DNA from: Seison nebaliae
Taxonomy: Eukaryota
Direction of reading: 5' to 3'
Assembly: GCA_023231475.1 (NCBI GenBank)
Contig: JALJEE010003038.1
Span: 1-64,000 of the forward strand
DNA: 64,000 bases
Shown here: one piece after another, positions 25,801 to 40,400 of the stretch
Layout of the letters: every line of letters starts with the position of its first letter
How positions within the stretch are numbered: position 1 is the stretch's first letter
Notes under the pieces: model-generated
Database searches by the model: none
What the model was told of the DNA's origin: nothing
The model's input: only the letters and a program-made list of their open reading frames with translations
Made by a program: the position numbers and the translations under genes

Positions 25801-28800
25801 ATCCCGTTAGAGAAGTCGATAACCATTCCACGTAAGAGATTTATTGGAAATACACAGAAAGAGAAGGTTAATGATTTTCGTTTGAAGAGTCAGCAAGATG
25901 GTAGACCTTCCTCTCAATTTCCAATTGTATCTAAATCGGATTTGAGACCATTACCTTTCAACACCAACTATAAGAGTGATGAATCGAAAAAACATCAACC
26001 TTTAACTAAACAAGACAGTTATTCAAAGACAACTATTCTACCTGTAATTACTCCGAAACTTCATCCTAACAATATTCTTCCTCACAAAACCATTGCTAGT
26101 GAATCGATTGTCCCTAATAATGTTCCTTCAACTGTGTCCGATCAACTAACCAACTGTCGTAAACACCATACATATCAACGATCACAGACAGATAGATTAA
26201 AAATAAATAATAATAATAGAAACGATCATGTAACTAATTTTCGTGTTAATGACAAATTTAACGAAACCAATTTGATCGAAAGGAGAAAATTAATGCTCAG
26301 TCGAGGTGGTAGTCATGATACGGTTATGTCCCATAATAATAATGACCATCATTTAAAATCTAATGATTCTCCTCAAACAAAACCTTATACCGGTGTCAAT
26401 ATGCGTGCCCTCAGAGATTTGTTTGAGTCAAAAACAGTAAAAAATTTCAATAAAAAGAAAGATTCTTCTCAAATCGGAAGAGGATCATGTGGCAAATTCC
26501 TTCCTGACGCTTTCAATTCGATGAAACAACCGAATGATGAACATTTAACATTCCGCCAACAAGCTAGTCAAATGACGACGAATGAACTGCGTGCGACAAC
26601 TGGTCGAACATCTCAACGGGAGAAACAATATGCTCTCATTTCGCCCAGTCTCAAGTTAAAGAACTACCGAAGCAACGTCAGCAACAAAGTTCGATCGGAA
26701 AACACGAATGGAGATATTATGAACAATTATTTATTCTCTCCCAAATCTCCATTAAGTGTGACTAAACGAAAGAATCGGAATGATTCCCATCCGATTAGAC
26801 ACATCATAGAAACTTCTAAGAATTCGTGTAACGAAACTATTTATAGTTATAAAAAAGCCAAAAGAAAAAGTTACACAATTTTAAACGATTATTTAAGATT
26901 TGCGAATAATTTCTTAGAATTAGTTAATAACAATATATTTTTTGTTCTTATTATATGATTGTTGAAGATCATAAGGATTCCTCCCATAACATTTCTTTCG
27001 TTTTTCATATATTTAAAGACACACATTCTCTTTAAATAGAAATTAAATGATCGTAAAGGTTATAAATAATTTAATAAGATAACAATCTGGAGAGAAATAT
27101 TTCTCCGGTTAATTCGCTTGTGCTTCTGAAAGTTGATGTCATTAATGTTCCACAAAACTACATAGAATCCTAAATAAGGCGAAAGTGAACAGAATAAATT
27201 TAATTTGATCAAAATTGCATCATTAATTCATTTCTTCCATTAATTTTTTAGATGGCGAAGTTGAAGTCATAAAAGATGGGAAAAGGTTAGTGACGATGGA
27301 ACCGTGTCATGTATTTGGTGAATTAGCCATTCTTTATAATTGTGCTCGGACTGCGTCCATTAAAGGTTATATTCCCTTTGATTGATTTGAGGAATTAATG
27401 ACATAAGAAATATTTATATTTACTATACATTTTCAAATAATTGTTTTACTGAGGTCAATGTCACTATTTGCAAATAAAAGGCAGTTGGAAGGATAAATGT
27501 TGAAGAAGGAGAAGCGATTAAATAAAAGAGAAACATTAGAACGAGATCGCTTTAGTTCATTTAAGAAGAAATATCAATTACTTAACATTATTTCATGCAC
27601 TTAACTTTAACTAGAGTCTCTAATACTGAGAGACATTAATTAAAATAAAAGAAGGAATGTCCGAATAATGTATAAGGTGATTGGTTTCCATCTAATTTTC
27701 ATCTCTTGTAGCAACGACCGCTTGTGAGTTATGGGGTATAGATCGTGATACCTTCCAAATAATAATGATGCAAAGTGGTCTTGAACGACATGACAGAAAT
27801 GTGAAATTACTTCTTGAGTTAATTTAATTTGAGAATAATTGACAAAAAAATGATTAATTTATTCATCAAAATTTATTTAGAGTTCCAAAATTGCGTGATT
27901 TACCCGAAACGGTTATTCATCAAATGGCAGACACATTAGAAGAAGTTATTTCCAATTCTCTTTCACAGTTGACGAGTTACACGTCAAACAGGTGACATAT
28001 GAGCCGGAAGAGTTCGTCGCTAGAGAAGGTTCACGAAGTGATACATTCTTCATCGTTTCCAATGGAAGTGCAATTCAATTTACGAATTCATGTCCAGCAA
28101 ATAAAAAGATGATGAACACTGGGGAGTTTTTTGGTATACAAGCATTATTCAAGTTCGTGTACCAGTATCGTTATTGACATAAGTAACCAATCATAAAATA
28201 TTTTTCTTTTAATTAAAAGAGAGGTAACTCGGGAAGCGAACGTTGTTGCCGGAGACGATGGTGTTCAATGTCTCATTTTAGATAGGCAAATGTTTTCTGA
28301 ATTAGTAGACACTGACATATTGGACTTTCCCAGTGAATCCTCTTCAAAACAATCATCAAAGAAATCGTCAGTTGCTTCAACATCTTATGCTCCATCAAAT
28401 CGTATCGCTTCATCAACAACGGTAAAGGATACGATTCAGGAAGAATCTTCACCCAGATATCCGTCGAGTAACAACGAACTAGTCGTTGATGTTTCCATAC
28501 CAGATCGTTCGATACCGAATGATATTGATTCAAGAAAATCATCATTAACACCAGAAATGCATTCGGCACTTCAATCTCAGAAAGAAAGTCTAAAGTTTCC
28601 ATTCTTATCTTAACTCATTTTTATTTCTTTGACGACAGTGAAAGCACGTTATTTAATAGCATTCATCTAAACAATTTGGAAGTGATCGGAACACTTGGTG
28701 TTGGTGGATTTGGACGTGTGGAATTAGTTAATTATTTCTATTCTATAAATTTATTATATCATCTTTAATTCAAGGTAAAACTAATGAAAAAACTTCGAAA

Positions 28801-30008
28801 TGGACGCAACGAATTACCAGACGGTTATTACGACAAGACATATGCTTTGAAACAAATGAAGAAAATTAAAATTCTGGACGTTCAACCTTTTCTATCCCAA
28901 TTTGAAGAAATTGAACTTCCATTTCACAGGCCGGTCAAGAGGAACATGTTTTGAATGAAAGGAAAATATTAGAATTGGTCAATTGTCCATACATCATTAA
29001 ACTGTTCCGCACATACAAAGATAAGAAATATCTTTACATGTTAACCGAGGTGTGTTTAGGTGGAGAATTATGGTCATTACTAAGAGAAAAGGCTTCGTTC
29101 GATGATGGAATGACCAGGTTCATATTTATATTCTTCTTTTTCAATTTGATGATTCTGTTGAAAAAAAAAAGGTTTTATGCTTCTTGTGTAATTGAAGCAT
29201 TCGATTATTTACATTCACGACATATCATTTATCGTGATCTCAAACCGGAAAACCTTTTGCTCGCTGCTAATGGCTACGTCAAATTAGTTGACTTCGGATT
29301 TGCGAAACAATTAAGAAAAGGTCGAAAGACATGGACATTTTGTGGGACTCCTGAATATGTGTCTCCGGAAATTTTGTTAAACAAAGGTCATGATCGATCG
29401 ACAGATCTTTGGGCATTGGGAATTCTTATATTCGAAATGTTAACTGGAAGGTTCTTTTTTCTTAATGTCATATAAGAAACTTCAACTTCATTCTAATAAA
29501 CAGACCTCCATTCGTTGGTTCAGATCCGATGTCCACTTATCAAAAAATTATCAAAGGAATCGACACGGCAGACTTCCCCAGGAAAATAAGCCGCGTCGCA
29601 CAAATTTTAATTAAACGATTATGCCGGTTCCAATTTCATTGACATGAATCAAATTCTAATTATTTTTATAATCAGAGACAATCCAGTGGAACGTGTCGGA
29701 TACAAAAGAGGAGGATTTGAAGAAATTCGACGTCATCGGTTTAACTCATTTCTCACAAACTTTTTCTAATCTCTAAATTTCTCTCAAAGATTTTTTGATA
29801 CTTATAATTGGAATGCATTACAATCATGCACATTACAAGCACCGTATATACCAAAAGTTTCCTTCTTTTCTCCAATTCCTTTCAGTCATGATTGAAAATG
29901 TTTTCTAAATAGATTGCAGATATGACAGATCTTTCTAATTTCGAAGAGTATCCCGATGATACAGATGAACCAGAAGATGAAGTCTCTGGTTGGGATAAAG
30001 ACTTCTGA
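16832..30008 (+). CDS. PRKG1: cGMP-dependent protein kinase (PKG; foraging/egl-4-like), multi-exon, with a very long low-complexity N-terminus
   Basis: Coiled coil at about 20400-20790; autoinhibitory-like [37 protein letters not shown]; kinase [36 protein letters not shown]-terminus EVSGWDKDF*. Joining of the 16832-~19797 exon is inferred; the core from ~20398 is secure. Confidence 0.93.
23860..26869 (+). CDS. ~1000-codon Ser/Asn-rich ORF nested in a PKG intron; probable alternative first exon
   Basis: ATG-initiated 1032-aa ORF inside intron 21394-27251. Phase-1 GTT donors at 26846 and 26870 are compatible with the phase-1 acceptor at 27251. Confidence 0.7.
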
Positions 30009-33000
30009 ATGATGAAATGGAAAGGTGAAAATAATGAGATGAAATAACCATGTGAGGAAGATGGAGAATCGTATTTCAAACAATAAAATAATCACCATAA
30101 TCATCATCATCATTCCTCGCATAGAAAGAAATGCAAAATATTCTTAAATTTTATTTATTATCCAAACTCAATTGCAAGAGAGATTGAAAGAATAAATGGA
30201 CAAAAAGAAAGAATTTAAACGACAAAATTTTGTAAAAAGTTTCCATCAAAACGACAATTTATTTCTCGTAATGTCGAAAGTTAAGTAGCGACTTAATTGA
30301 CTAACGCTTTTTTATTTGTTATTCTCTAAATGGAGTAGTCAATCTTCAATACAGAATACCAATGTTCCTCTTATTTCTATCCGTAGTAGACATTTCTATT
30401 TGATATAATACACCAAATCTTACGAAAATATATTTTGTTTCCATATTATAATTTTGTTTGGTATCAATTCGTCAAATTACACAATACATCATCCATTGTT
30501 GTCCAAAAGGAATTTACTGCGAAGATTGATTTCTCCGTTCTCTACCGATTAATCTTCGAAAAAAACATACGCATTTCTTCGAATACTGATATGAGAATCT
30601 TCTTTTGTTACATGTAACGATGTTTTCTTAATTTTCCTTATAATGTTTCCTAATCAATCCGCACTAACGAAAAAAGAATGAACAACACATGATGATCACT
30701 CTATCCTCGAAATAGATGAACAATGAAATTGAAAAAAAATTTCTTTCCTTTCTCATTCTTATCACACGATTTTCATTACTGTTTACAAACAACACTTTCT
30801 ATGTCATATAATTCGGATAAGACTTCTCATTAACTTAAATTTTTAATAATACTTTTTATTATTTATTTAGCCGGTGGCTATATTGCACAATATTTCGTTA
30901 ATTTCTTCATTTTTATTATGTTGTCTTCGAATTGAAGCATCTGAAATTAAAGATCATTTCTGTTTCTCTCTTCCAAAAAATCATTCCAATATTGACGAGT
31001 TCTTCCTCACCAAATTCGTTAAGAACACGAAATTGTTTATTAGTTTGTTGGGAGAATTGTGCAAGGAAATAATTTTCAACTTCTCCAAATGATGATATTA
31101 ATGAGATATCTAATAAATGATTAAGATATTATCTTATTCAAACATTTAATATCTTCACTTATACATATCAGTTTTTTTTAAAAATTTTTATTTCTTTTTT
31201 GGAAGGAACGATATGATAAATATAAATGTTATTGTTGTTGTTGTTATTAATAAAACTAAAGGAAATTTTATTAGTTTCTAAAAGAATATTTCTCGACAAA
31301 TACTTCTCATCTCTTCTTTCATTCCATCCCATTTACTGGCAGATTGGAAGAGAGAAAACATAAGAATAATTCTTCCAGTGAACGATTTATGAATTCAATT
31401 AATTCTCGTTCGACGTCCGAGCACTTATACGGCAGCCATGCCAGCTAGAAGATAATGACTTGACACTCTACATACAAATAAGAAGGATTGATGTGGTAAG
31501 AAAGAATGAAAATGAATAGTCATGAGGAGAGGCAGTGAATGAACAAACGGCATTTATCATTTGGTGTCGTTTCACTCGATTCATGCCAGTGAATTCGTTA
31601 CTGATTACTCGTATTTCGTACATCGCTCCACATCCACCTTTAGGACGTAAGTATTTAATTAAACATAATATGAGATTTCGCTTACAGTAATGTTAGCAGG
31701 AACCTGAGATATCTTCAACTTCAATCTTTTCTGCTTTCGGTAGAGATAGTGCAATGAGACTCCTTATGTGACTTTCTTTCGATTCATTCTCTTTAATTTC
31801 ATTCTGACTCTTCTCATTATCCGAAAAATATTTCGGCGATTGTATTGCCAATGGACTAACGATAAGTTGCTGCGTAAAAGAGAAAAAGAAGAATGTCTTT
31901 CAAAAAAGCAGTTGATTAAAAGGAGAAATCGAAACATTTCTTACTAATTTGCTCATAGAATAACCTTTCCCCAAAAAGTTTCCGTATCGTAAAGTTGATT
32001 TGATGAACATCATCGTCTTTTTCCTTCTAATGATTATTAGTAATCTTCCAGGAATAATTGTCGGATGATTATTCTTTCGAATAATGTTCGGGACGAATAA
32101 TTTAAACGTTAAGTATTATTCGAATAATTTCATATGAAAGCTAAATATTGGAAGATGTATATAATACGAGTCAATGAGGAAGAAGAGAAATGAATGACGA
32201 AAAAGGAGAATCGAGACTCGGAATTTACTTATTGTAAAAGATCTTATTAATAAAACCTCTCATAATGGTGTCTATGGGGAGTTTGAAAGCATTCGTTCAA
32301 ACTAATTAAGTTTTCTCATTCTCTCAATTTCTACATTTTCTTTGACCGTCTCATTCCTTCAATGTTCTGACAGTTCAACTATATAATTTGTCGATGGTAT
32401 CTACGAATATTGCTCATGTGTTCTCGTTGGAGAGAAACGTCGGGACAGAACTACATTCTCATTCTTTCCATCTAATTACTTATCCTTATGAAAGAAAGTT
32501 GATTCCCTTTCATATTGTTGCACATCGGTATACTTTTTTAATTTTCGATCCAATCCATTATTTTAATTATCGTTCATTCATATGAGTGATGATATGAAAT
32601 ATATTTGTGTGTGTGCAGAAACTAAAGAGATTCGTTAGCGCTTTTCAGACAAGTTGACATTCACTCAATTCAGTTTTACAAATATAAAAATCTGAAATTG
32701 ATTTAGAATTTTCCAAGAACTTCTTATGTAAATTTATGCTAAATCGAAATTTTTTCTATGAATATTATTCGAAATCAACTTTTGCCACTATCGTCTTATG
32801 TCGAACGAATATAATGGTATATTAATTCCGTATTTGTTCATTCGTTCATTTGTCCAACTTTAACTAAATTTACCAACTACAATTGTTAGAGCATAATTTG
32901 TTTCATTTTCACTTCTCCAATCGAGCTGGACGAAAATTTATTCACATCTGTACATAATTAGAAGTAAGTGTACACTTAAGGGTGGTGAAATTAGGGCAAA

Positions 33001-34483
33001 AAATAATCATAAACAATTAGGAGGAGTTTCCAGATTTTCCTTTTATAAACTATTTAGTCAAAGTGGGAAGAAAGAGAGGGAAAGTTGCATATCAACTCGT
33101 TCAAATATTCCAAATGTTCGAGTAAGATTTCCAAAGAAAGAACTGGATGTTATTATTAGGTATTTCAATATGTTACGGATATGCATCCCAATGACATTAT
33201 CAAGATGATGGTAATGTGTCTTGAGCTTCATCTTACCTTCCTGTACAAGGAGAGAGTAAGGGGAAGCGAGAAGGGTTTTCGTGAATGAACATTTGAATAA
33301 TTTTCAAGAATGTTATTGCATGAATGATTTACAATCATTCAATGAGTGCGGGAAAGATGTAAAAGGAATAGAGAAATTGAAAAAAAGATTAATAGGTTAT
33401 CTAATTTATTATTGGAAAATCTGTGACAAAGAAGACGAAAAAGAAGAAGATACTGTTCATATGTTTTATGTGATATGATATGGGGGAAGTCATCTTCCTT
33501 CCAACTCGTCGTGCACATTATTCGAATGAAAAGTTATCATTTGTTAGGAGGAACATGTACGTTGTGTGGGAGAGATGTTGGAACGAACGAATGTTAACTA
33601 TCTCATCTTATTGTTTTCGATTGCTAGCTGTCTATTCTTGCAAGAGACGAGGAAGAGTAGGAGAATGAAATACAGGGGATGTGCTTTCCAAATCGAATAT
33701 TGCACATAAATGATGAATTTAATGCCTGATGTATCAAAGTCATAATCGTTTTTTATAATTCATGTCGTTAATCATTCTATTTAAGTATCAATATTACATG
33801 AATATATTTCATTGGAAATTTTTTGAAGGAAGGAGAGAGTGTACGTAACTTTCCCTTTCTTCTCAAGATGCCATCACCAGAAATTTTTTTAAAGAAGTTC
33901 CATGACTTCTCGATTAGAGATAAGATTGTTTCACAGAAGAAAATCTCAACTTTCGTCATTGAAGTTTGTCTAATATTCCATTAGGAATTATTAATGAATT
34001 TAAAAATATAGACATTCTTATTATTCTGCTAACGACGACCGAAGAAAGTAATCGATGAATGATTGATAAAACAATGCTTTAATTAAGATCTCAATATGAA
34101 TATGGTAATACCGATGAAGTGGCTATGAGAAATGTCAAATTATCATTTCCGTCGTCAATAATTAATGATGCAATAGAAGAATAGAATGATGCAAACTAAA
34201 TTTCTTTCGGCAACAACGGCGAATGAATGATAAAGGAAATATATCGAGAGACAACTATAGAAGAATGCGACGAATAGATAATTGCATCGAATTGTGAAAC
34301 ATGTAAATACTTATTTTTCTCAAAACAAAAATCATTTCTCCAAAACTGGGGACAGTACGGGCAAGAAGGAAATGAGGATCAATCTTTCATAATTTCATTG
34401 AAATAACACTTCCAACCAGTGCACACAAGCCAATTGCACTAATAAGACGTCGATTAAGAAAAAAAAATACGGAAGGAATTAAT

Positions 34484-37400
34484 ATGAAAATTCCCATTAT
34501 TAATTTAGTCGTTCTCATTCACATGATATCCTTATTACTTGCTTCGAGATCGGACAGAACAAAAAGACGAACACAAGGTCGCTACAACGCAATAACTTTA
34601 TTCATTTATAAGGATCGAACAAATAGAACGAAACAATTCTTGACAAATGGAGAAATAGGGCAGGCGCTTCGCAGTTTTTATGTTAAAGATAATAATTGGA
34701 ATCGGAACTATTCCCATCAGCAATACATCGTCGTACATCAAAGAAATGAGGAGCAATTGATATATTCTCCTCGTCATCATAATCAGCAGAATGTTACCCA
34801 GAAAATAATGCAGAAGAACAACATTCAAGTCGCTTTTCCAAATAATCAAATTTTGAGTAAGATGCACATGCCTGCGAACACTTCGTTCCTATTATTATCT
34901 GAAAATAAATTATTCACGTCTTCCGGATCAGCCATCGATTATATGAACACTTTAAAGAATCGAAGCAATACGACCAACCTATTCCTTCTCGTACTAATAT
35001 GTGCTATGTCGTTGCTAACGGTTTGTGGAAATATATTGGTGGTATTAGCATTCATTTTCGAACCATCGCTCAGAACCAATTCCAATTTCTTCATCCTAAA
35101 TTTGAGCATTGCTGATTTACTTGTCGGACTAGTCTGCATTCCGTTATATGCGCCATATATCATTTATGGAGAATGGTTATTATCGAGAACTATCTGTCAA
35201 ATATGGTTAACGACAGATTATGTTGTTGGTTCTGCTTCCGTATTATGCATCGTTGTCATTAGTATGGATCGTTGTCTATTTGTTACCAAAGGACTTCAGT
35301 ACAAGAGCAAGCAAACGAGACTTAAAGTCATATTGACAATGTTGAGTTATAATTTTTTTTTCTTTCCCCATTTCCTTCAATATTCATCTCTTTTCTTCTA
35401 GCTGTTTGGCTAATTGCATTCTTAAATTATGGACCAGCCATATTTCTCTGGTCTTATATTCGTGGATATAGTATCGTTTCAGAAAAGGAATGTCAAGTTG
35501 AATTTTATAATTCGTTCGCATTTCTATTGACAACGGCTTGTGTGGAATTCTTCGTTCCATTCTTTGCTATCACTTTATTGAATGCACATATATATGTCCA
35601 AATAAAGAAACGATCAAAAGGATTAATTCATTCAAAAACAAAAATTCTATCCGAACAGAAAAAATTAAAGAAACAGAAAAATCGAAAGAAGTTTGGCTTA
35701 AGATCGACGGATATTCTTTTCCGTTCAGCCACTGAAAATGATTTGGATTTAGATAATAGTTGTTCCTCGAATGGACAATCGATCTATTTTCAAACTCATA
35801 ACGTCCAAAACACGAAACAATTACTTGATAAATTAGTAAAGATTTCTCATTTGAAAGTTCTCACCAATGTCTCCAAATCCGTCAACAATAACAACGGTAA
35901 TAACAATAACAACTTCCATAATTCGGTGACATATATTGATCGAATAAAACATAAGAGAACGAAAAGTGAAAAATTACTCGAACGATTAAGTCAAAGTGAT
36001 TTTCGCACATTTCAAGAATGGAATCGTCTTTGGAAGAAAAAATTTACTCAGAATACGAATCGGAATGAGAATAAACAAAATTATTCATTTTCTGGAACCG
36101 ATGATTGGTTACAAAAGAATCCTTTAAAAACTCAATCGACAACTTTAAAAAAATGTGACATGCGCCGCGTTTCTAGTGTGCGGGAGATGAATAGAGTGGA
36201 AAAGATTCCCTTTGAAAAGAAAACATTATCAAGGCATTTGAGAGCGTCTTCATTTCTAAGACGTTTAAACGTTTTATACTTATTGAAGAAAGGACGTCGT
36301 TCAATTCAATTACAAACAAAAAAGGCATCGAGTAAACGACGTTTAGGTGGTAGTGACATTTCCGACTTAAAATCACGTTATCGACGTAGTTCGTTAGATG
36401 AAGCGAAATATAATTTACGTTATCGAAGTTTGCGATTGAATGTATCTCAATCACCCACCGTATCATTGGATGTTTCACAAAGTTTGTTTACGACAAGGAA
36501 GTCTTCGATTCAACCTTTTGGAATATTTACCTCGCCTAATCCCCAACATGTCAATAATGACAATGACAATAAGAATATAAATAGTCCATCACTCCACAAT
36601 TCACGACGTCTCACTCTTCTGGAAAGAATTAGTCTTTCCTTACACCACAACAACATGTTGACCAGATTCTCAGACTCTACTCGTACTCAGCCAACTATTA
36701 TTTTGAATAATTCCATCATTCTATCCAACTCATACGATGACGAGAAAACGAAACTCAATTCAAAAACAGAAAATTCTGAAAAAAATTTTAATGATTTAGA
36801 TCATCGATTATCAGTCAGATCAACTTTGTCGAATGTTGAAGATGAAAAAGTGAAAGCAATACCTGAAGATAAATTGGACGATCAAAGCGAACGATTACGA
36901 ATTCATCGACCTTCAAACGTTTTCAGTCTGGAAAGTCCTTATGAAATGTTAACGAAAATATCAGCCGCCAGTTTTGCTAATATTCTAGAGAGTAATGTTG
37001 AAGTTGAATCGGAAACACCTGAAATCTCCATCGACAATCTCCAAAAGACTTCGAATCCCAGATCTTTAAGCTTCTCGCATAGTGTTAATGGAAGTGCCAC
37101 TCAATTGTTTAGACCATCCAATGTATTAGATTATGGTTCTCATTCGAAATTGGGAAAAAATTTTCGTTCAGAGATTTTAACTAGACCAGGAACAGGAATT
37201 GTATCACGTCAAAGTTGGCCGTGCTTAAATATACAAACACTATTAAGAAATAAATATGGAATTTCGGCGACGTCAAGTATTCCTTATATGAAATCATCAA
37301 GACGACAATCGTTGGATCAAACTATGCGATTATCTGCAGACGAATATTTGAGATTGAAAAGGAGTTTACGGAATGAGAAATTGAGAAAGAATAAAAATGT

Positions 37401-40400
37401 AATTCCATTCTATTCTCCCAACGAAAATGTCCTTGAAGCAGAATTGAATTTTTTGGAAACTGGAAGTTTTTCCAGAAGTACACGTCCAAGTTTCGAATCA
37501 ACCATGAAAACATTAAAAACGGATTCAAACATAAAATTATCATCATCTTTATGCAATGTCAATAATTCATCGTCGAATCTTTTACTGCCGAATTTGAAAG
37601 AATATTTAATGAAGTTTCACGGTAGAGGCAATTCACAAAGTACTTCAAGAACGAATTCAGTGACAGAATCAAATAATGATCTGAATGATGCATTTGAGAC
37701 AACGTCATTCAGATTATCATTCCGTTCCTCGAATAATAGTACGTTATCGAAAAAAAAGAGACTGTTTGATAAAAATCGCAAACAAAGTATTTCGATGTTA
37801 AAGAATCGATTGAGTAATGTACTCGATACGGTTTCCATGAAGAATTCAGTGGGAATTATTAAAACTGATCGATTGAAATTGAATGATGGTAAAAGAAGGA
37901 AAACTTTCTTGTTTGGAGATAGAACAGATAAATTCTTGAATAAATTCCAACGAGCAGCAGATAAAAAAAAAGATCAATATCATTTGAAACGTTCCAGTGA
38001 ATTTCTTGATTTGTGGTCGGTTGTCGATGGTAAAACACGTGCAAATTTTAGGAAAACTTTATATTCGATAAAGAATGATGTGAAACAATTAGTTTCAACA
38101 GATTTTGATCATAAGATGACGAAACCGGAAAGCGTATCATCGTCGATTTTCTTTCAGAATTCCGGTAAGAATTCCAATGATCCATCTACCAAGACTTGTC
38201 TTTCAGAAACTATTTCGGAAAGATCAAGTACTGAACATCAAGTTTATAATCGAAACCTAAGAAGTAATCATCCACCCATTCCAATAATTTTAGCAGCACC
38301 TTTGGCTAATGTGGACGATGTGATGATAGAATCGATTTCTCCAACTAGAGAAATGGTGTTCAATTGTTCACAAAATGATTCATTAACTTCTATATTATCG
38401 ATCGATTGCTTAAATCGACCTTTAAGTCCAGCACATCGTCGTTATCTTTCACTTAATGAACGATCAAATTTACCAAATGAAAATGCTCCAGATTTTTCCA
38501 GTTTAATAAATTTCTTCGGGTCAACAAACATTTCAAATAATTCAAGATCAGATGATATGAATAATTCGATTGACCTAAATGCTCGAAGAACGATTGCAGA
38601 AGGAACTTTCGACAGGTCGAATGAAACAAGTTTCAATAAAAATGTCTCAAATTCTTTAAGACTACCAAAATGGAAACATAATCAGAGCCATGATAATCGA
38701 CGATATATGGTCAACAAAGAGTTGGTTGAGAAGGAACATTTACCTGCAAATTTACAAAAGAGATTAGATGATAAACGACCATCTCGTACACTTCATTCTC
38801 ATATAACTTATAGAAATAATTCCATAAAAATTAATCGATATAAAAACTTCCGAAAATTGACCAATGCTCAACCGATTAATCCAGGTAGGAAATTTTCGAT
38901 AACGAAAAAACCAGTTTCCATATTATCCAATATCACATCACGTAATTCAATAAATCCATCAGAATGTAGTGGCAAAGAACGTCGTTCATTAATGTCGTTT
39001 TTTGGTAATCAAAAAAATAATAATTCAAACAAGATTTTCGGACGTCTTTCATATAATCATACAAATCAGGATATCGATTCATCATTAGAGATATCGGACA
39101 GTTGTAAGAATGGACGTGTGAGCAAAATTGAAGAGAAGAATTGTCATAAGAATTCGATCAATGAGAAAGATATTCAATCTATTATATTACTTAACCAATA
39201 TAATTTGGACGAAGGAAAGAATTTGTTAGGGAGGAGTAACTCAGTTCAAAAAACTCGATCACCTTTCACTTTAATCGATCGATTAGATCGTCAATGGAAG
39301 CATAACCGGAAATTGACATCTTGCAGTAATATTGTTAATGATTCGGTTCTAACTACTTATCAAACACCTAAATTGAGTGAATCGACATCATCCTTACCGA
39401 AGAAACATAGAAGATCACCGTTACAATCGACGAAATCTGAAGGGAAACAATTACGTTTATTCGTCATGATAGCAAAGACGAAGATTGGTGTTAGATTATG
39501 GAGGAAGAGATGTGAAAATAATCGTGATGGTAAATTAGACGGTTCGACTGATACTTTTGAAAACAAGTCATTAACTAGATCAAGTGGAACATCGATAAAT
39601 AATCCAGCAAATCTACCAAGATTAACTGAACATAAAGCAGATACGATATTTATCAAGAATGAACAAAATAAGGAAACAAAATCGAATAATAAGGAGAAAC
39701 AAACGAAAATTCTTGAAACATGTCTCGATGATTCGACAGACAATTGTCAAGGAATTCTAACGAATGATATACCCGAAAAGTCGAATAAGACAACACCTTC
39801 CACCCAAACGAAACTTTCCTTTCAAAAAAAGTCTCAAGATTTCAGCTTAAATGTTACATTAACTATGGATAAAAGTGCGAATATTCGTGCTAGCAAGTTA
39901 AGAAGTCAACGTCTCCGAAACAGTATGGGCATCTTAAACTTTTCGAGAGACTACAAAAGATATCCGTTGAAACGAAGCAGTGCCGGTAATACTGGTGCGG
40001 GAAGTGCAAGTGCAACTTTTGCTCAAACTGCAGCGACAATAGCGAAACAGAAGATATTGAATGCAGCATCCATATCATTAAGAAAAGATAAAAGAGCTGC
40101 GAGATCGTTATTCATTTTGGTATTTACCTTTGTGTGCTGTTGGGCACCATATACTATTTTGACCTTAATCAAATCTGTTTGTACTACCAACACATCGGAA
40201 GTATATTATATTATTCCATTGAAGAATGAATCGTTTTATTTGAACTATCGTACCTCGATCAATAATTCGACCATTACAAGTTACAATAATTTTTCTGTAA
40301 AGAATTTGAAAGATCGAGTCAAAATTGTGACACATAAAACAAAAAGTTGTATAAATGAAGATCTGTACGAATTCTCATTCTGGTTGCTCTGGTTCAATTC

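Noticed and set aside
28283..28292. Possible GC-AG intron after LILDR in PKG
   Set aside because: The frame continues openly (DRQMFSELV..) to a GTT donor near 28595, so no GC donor is needed.
30100..34480. 4.4-kb region upstream of the GPCR with short ORFs
   Set aside because: No coherent spliced ORF, RNA gene or repeat recognised; probably UTR/regulatory.
16918..39743. Many short antisense or alternate-frame ORFs over the long exons (e.g. 16918-17325, 24869-25099, 39360-39743)
   Set aside because: Shadows of low-complexity coding sequence; no motifs.
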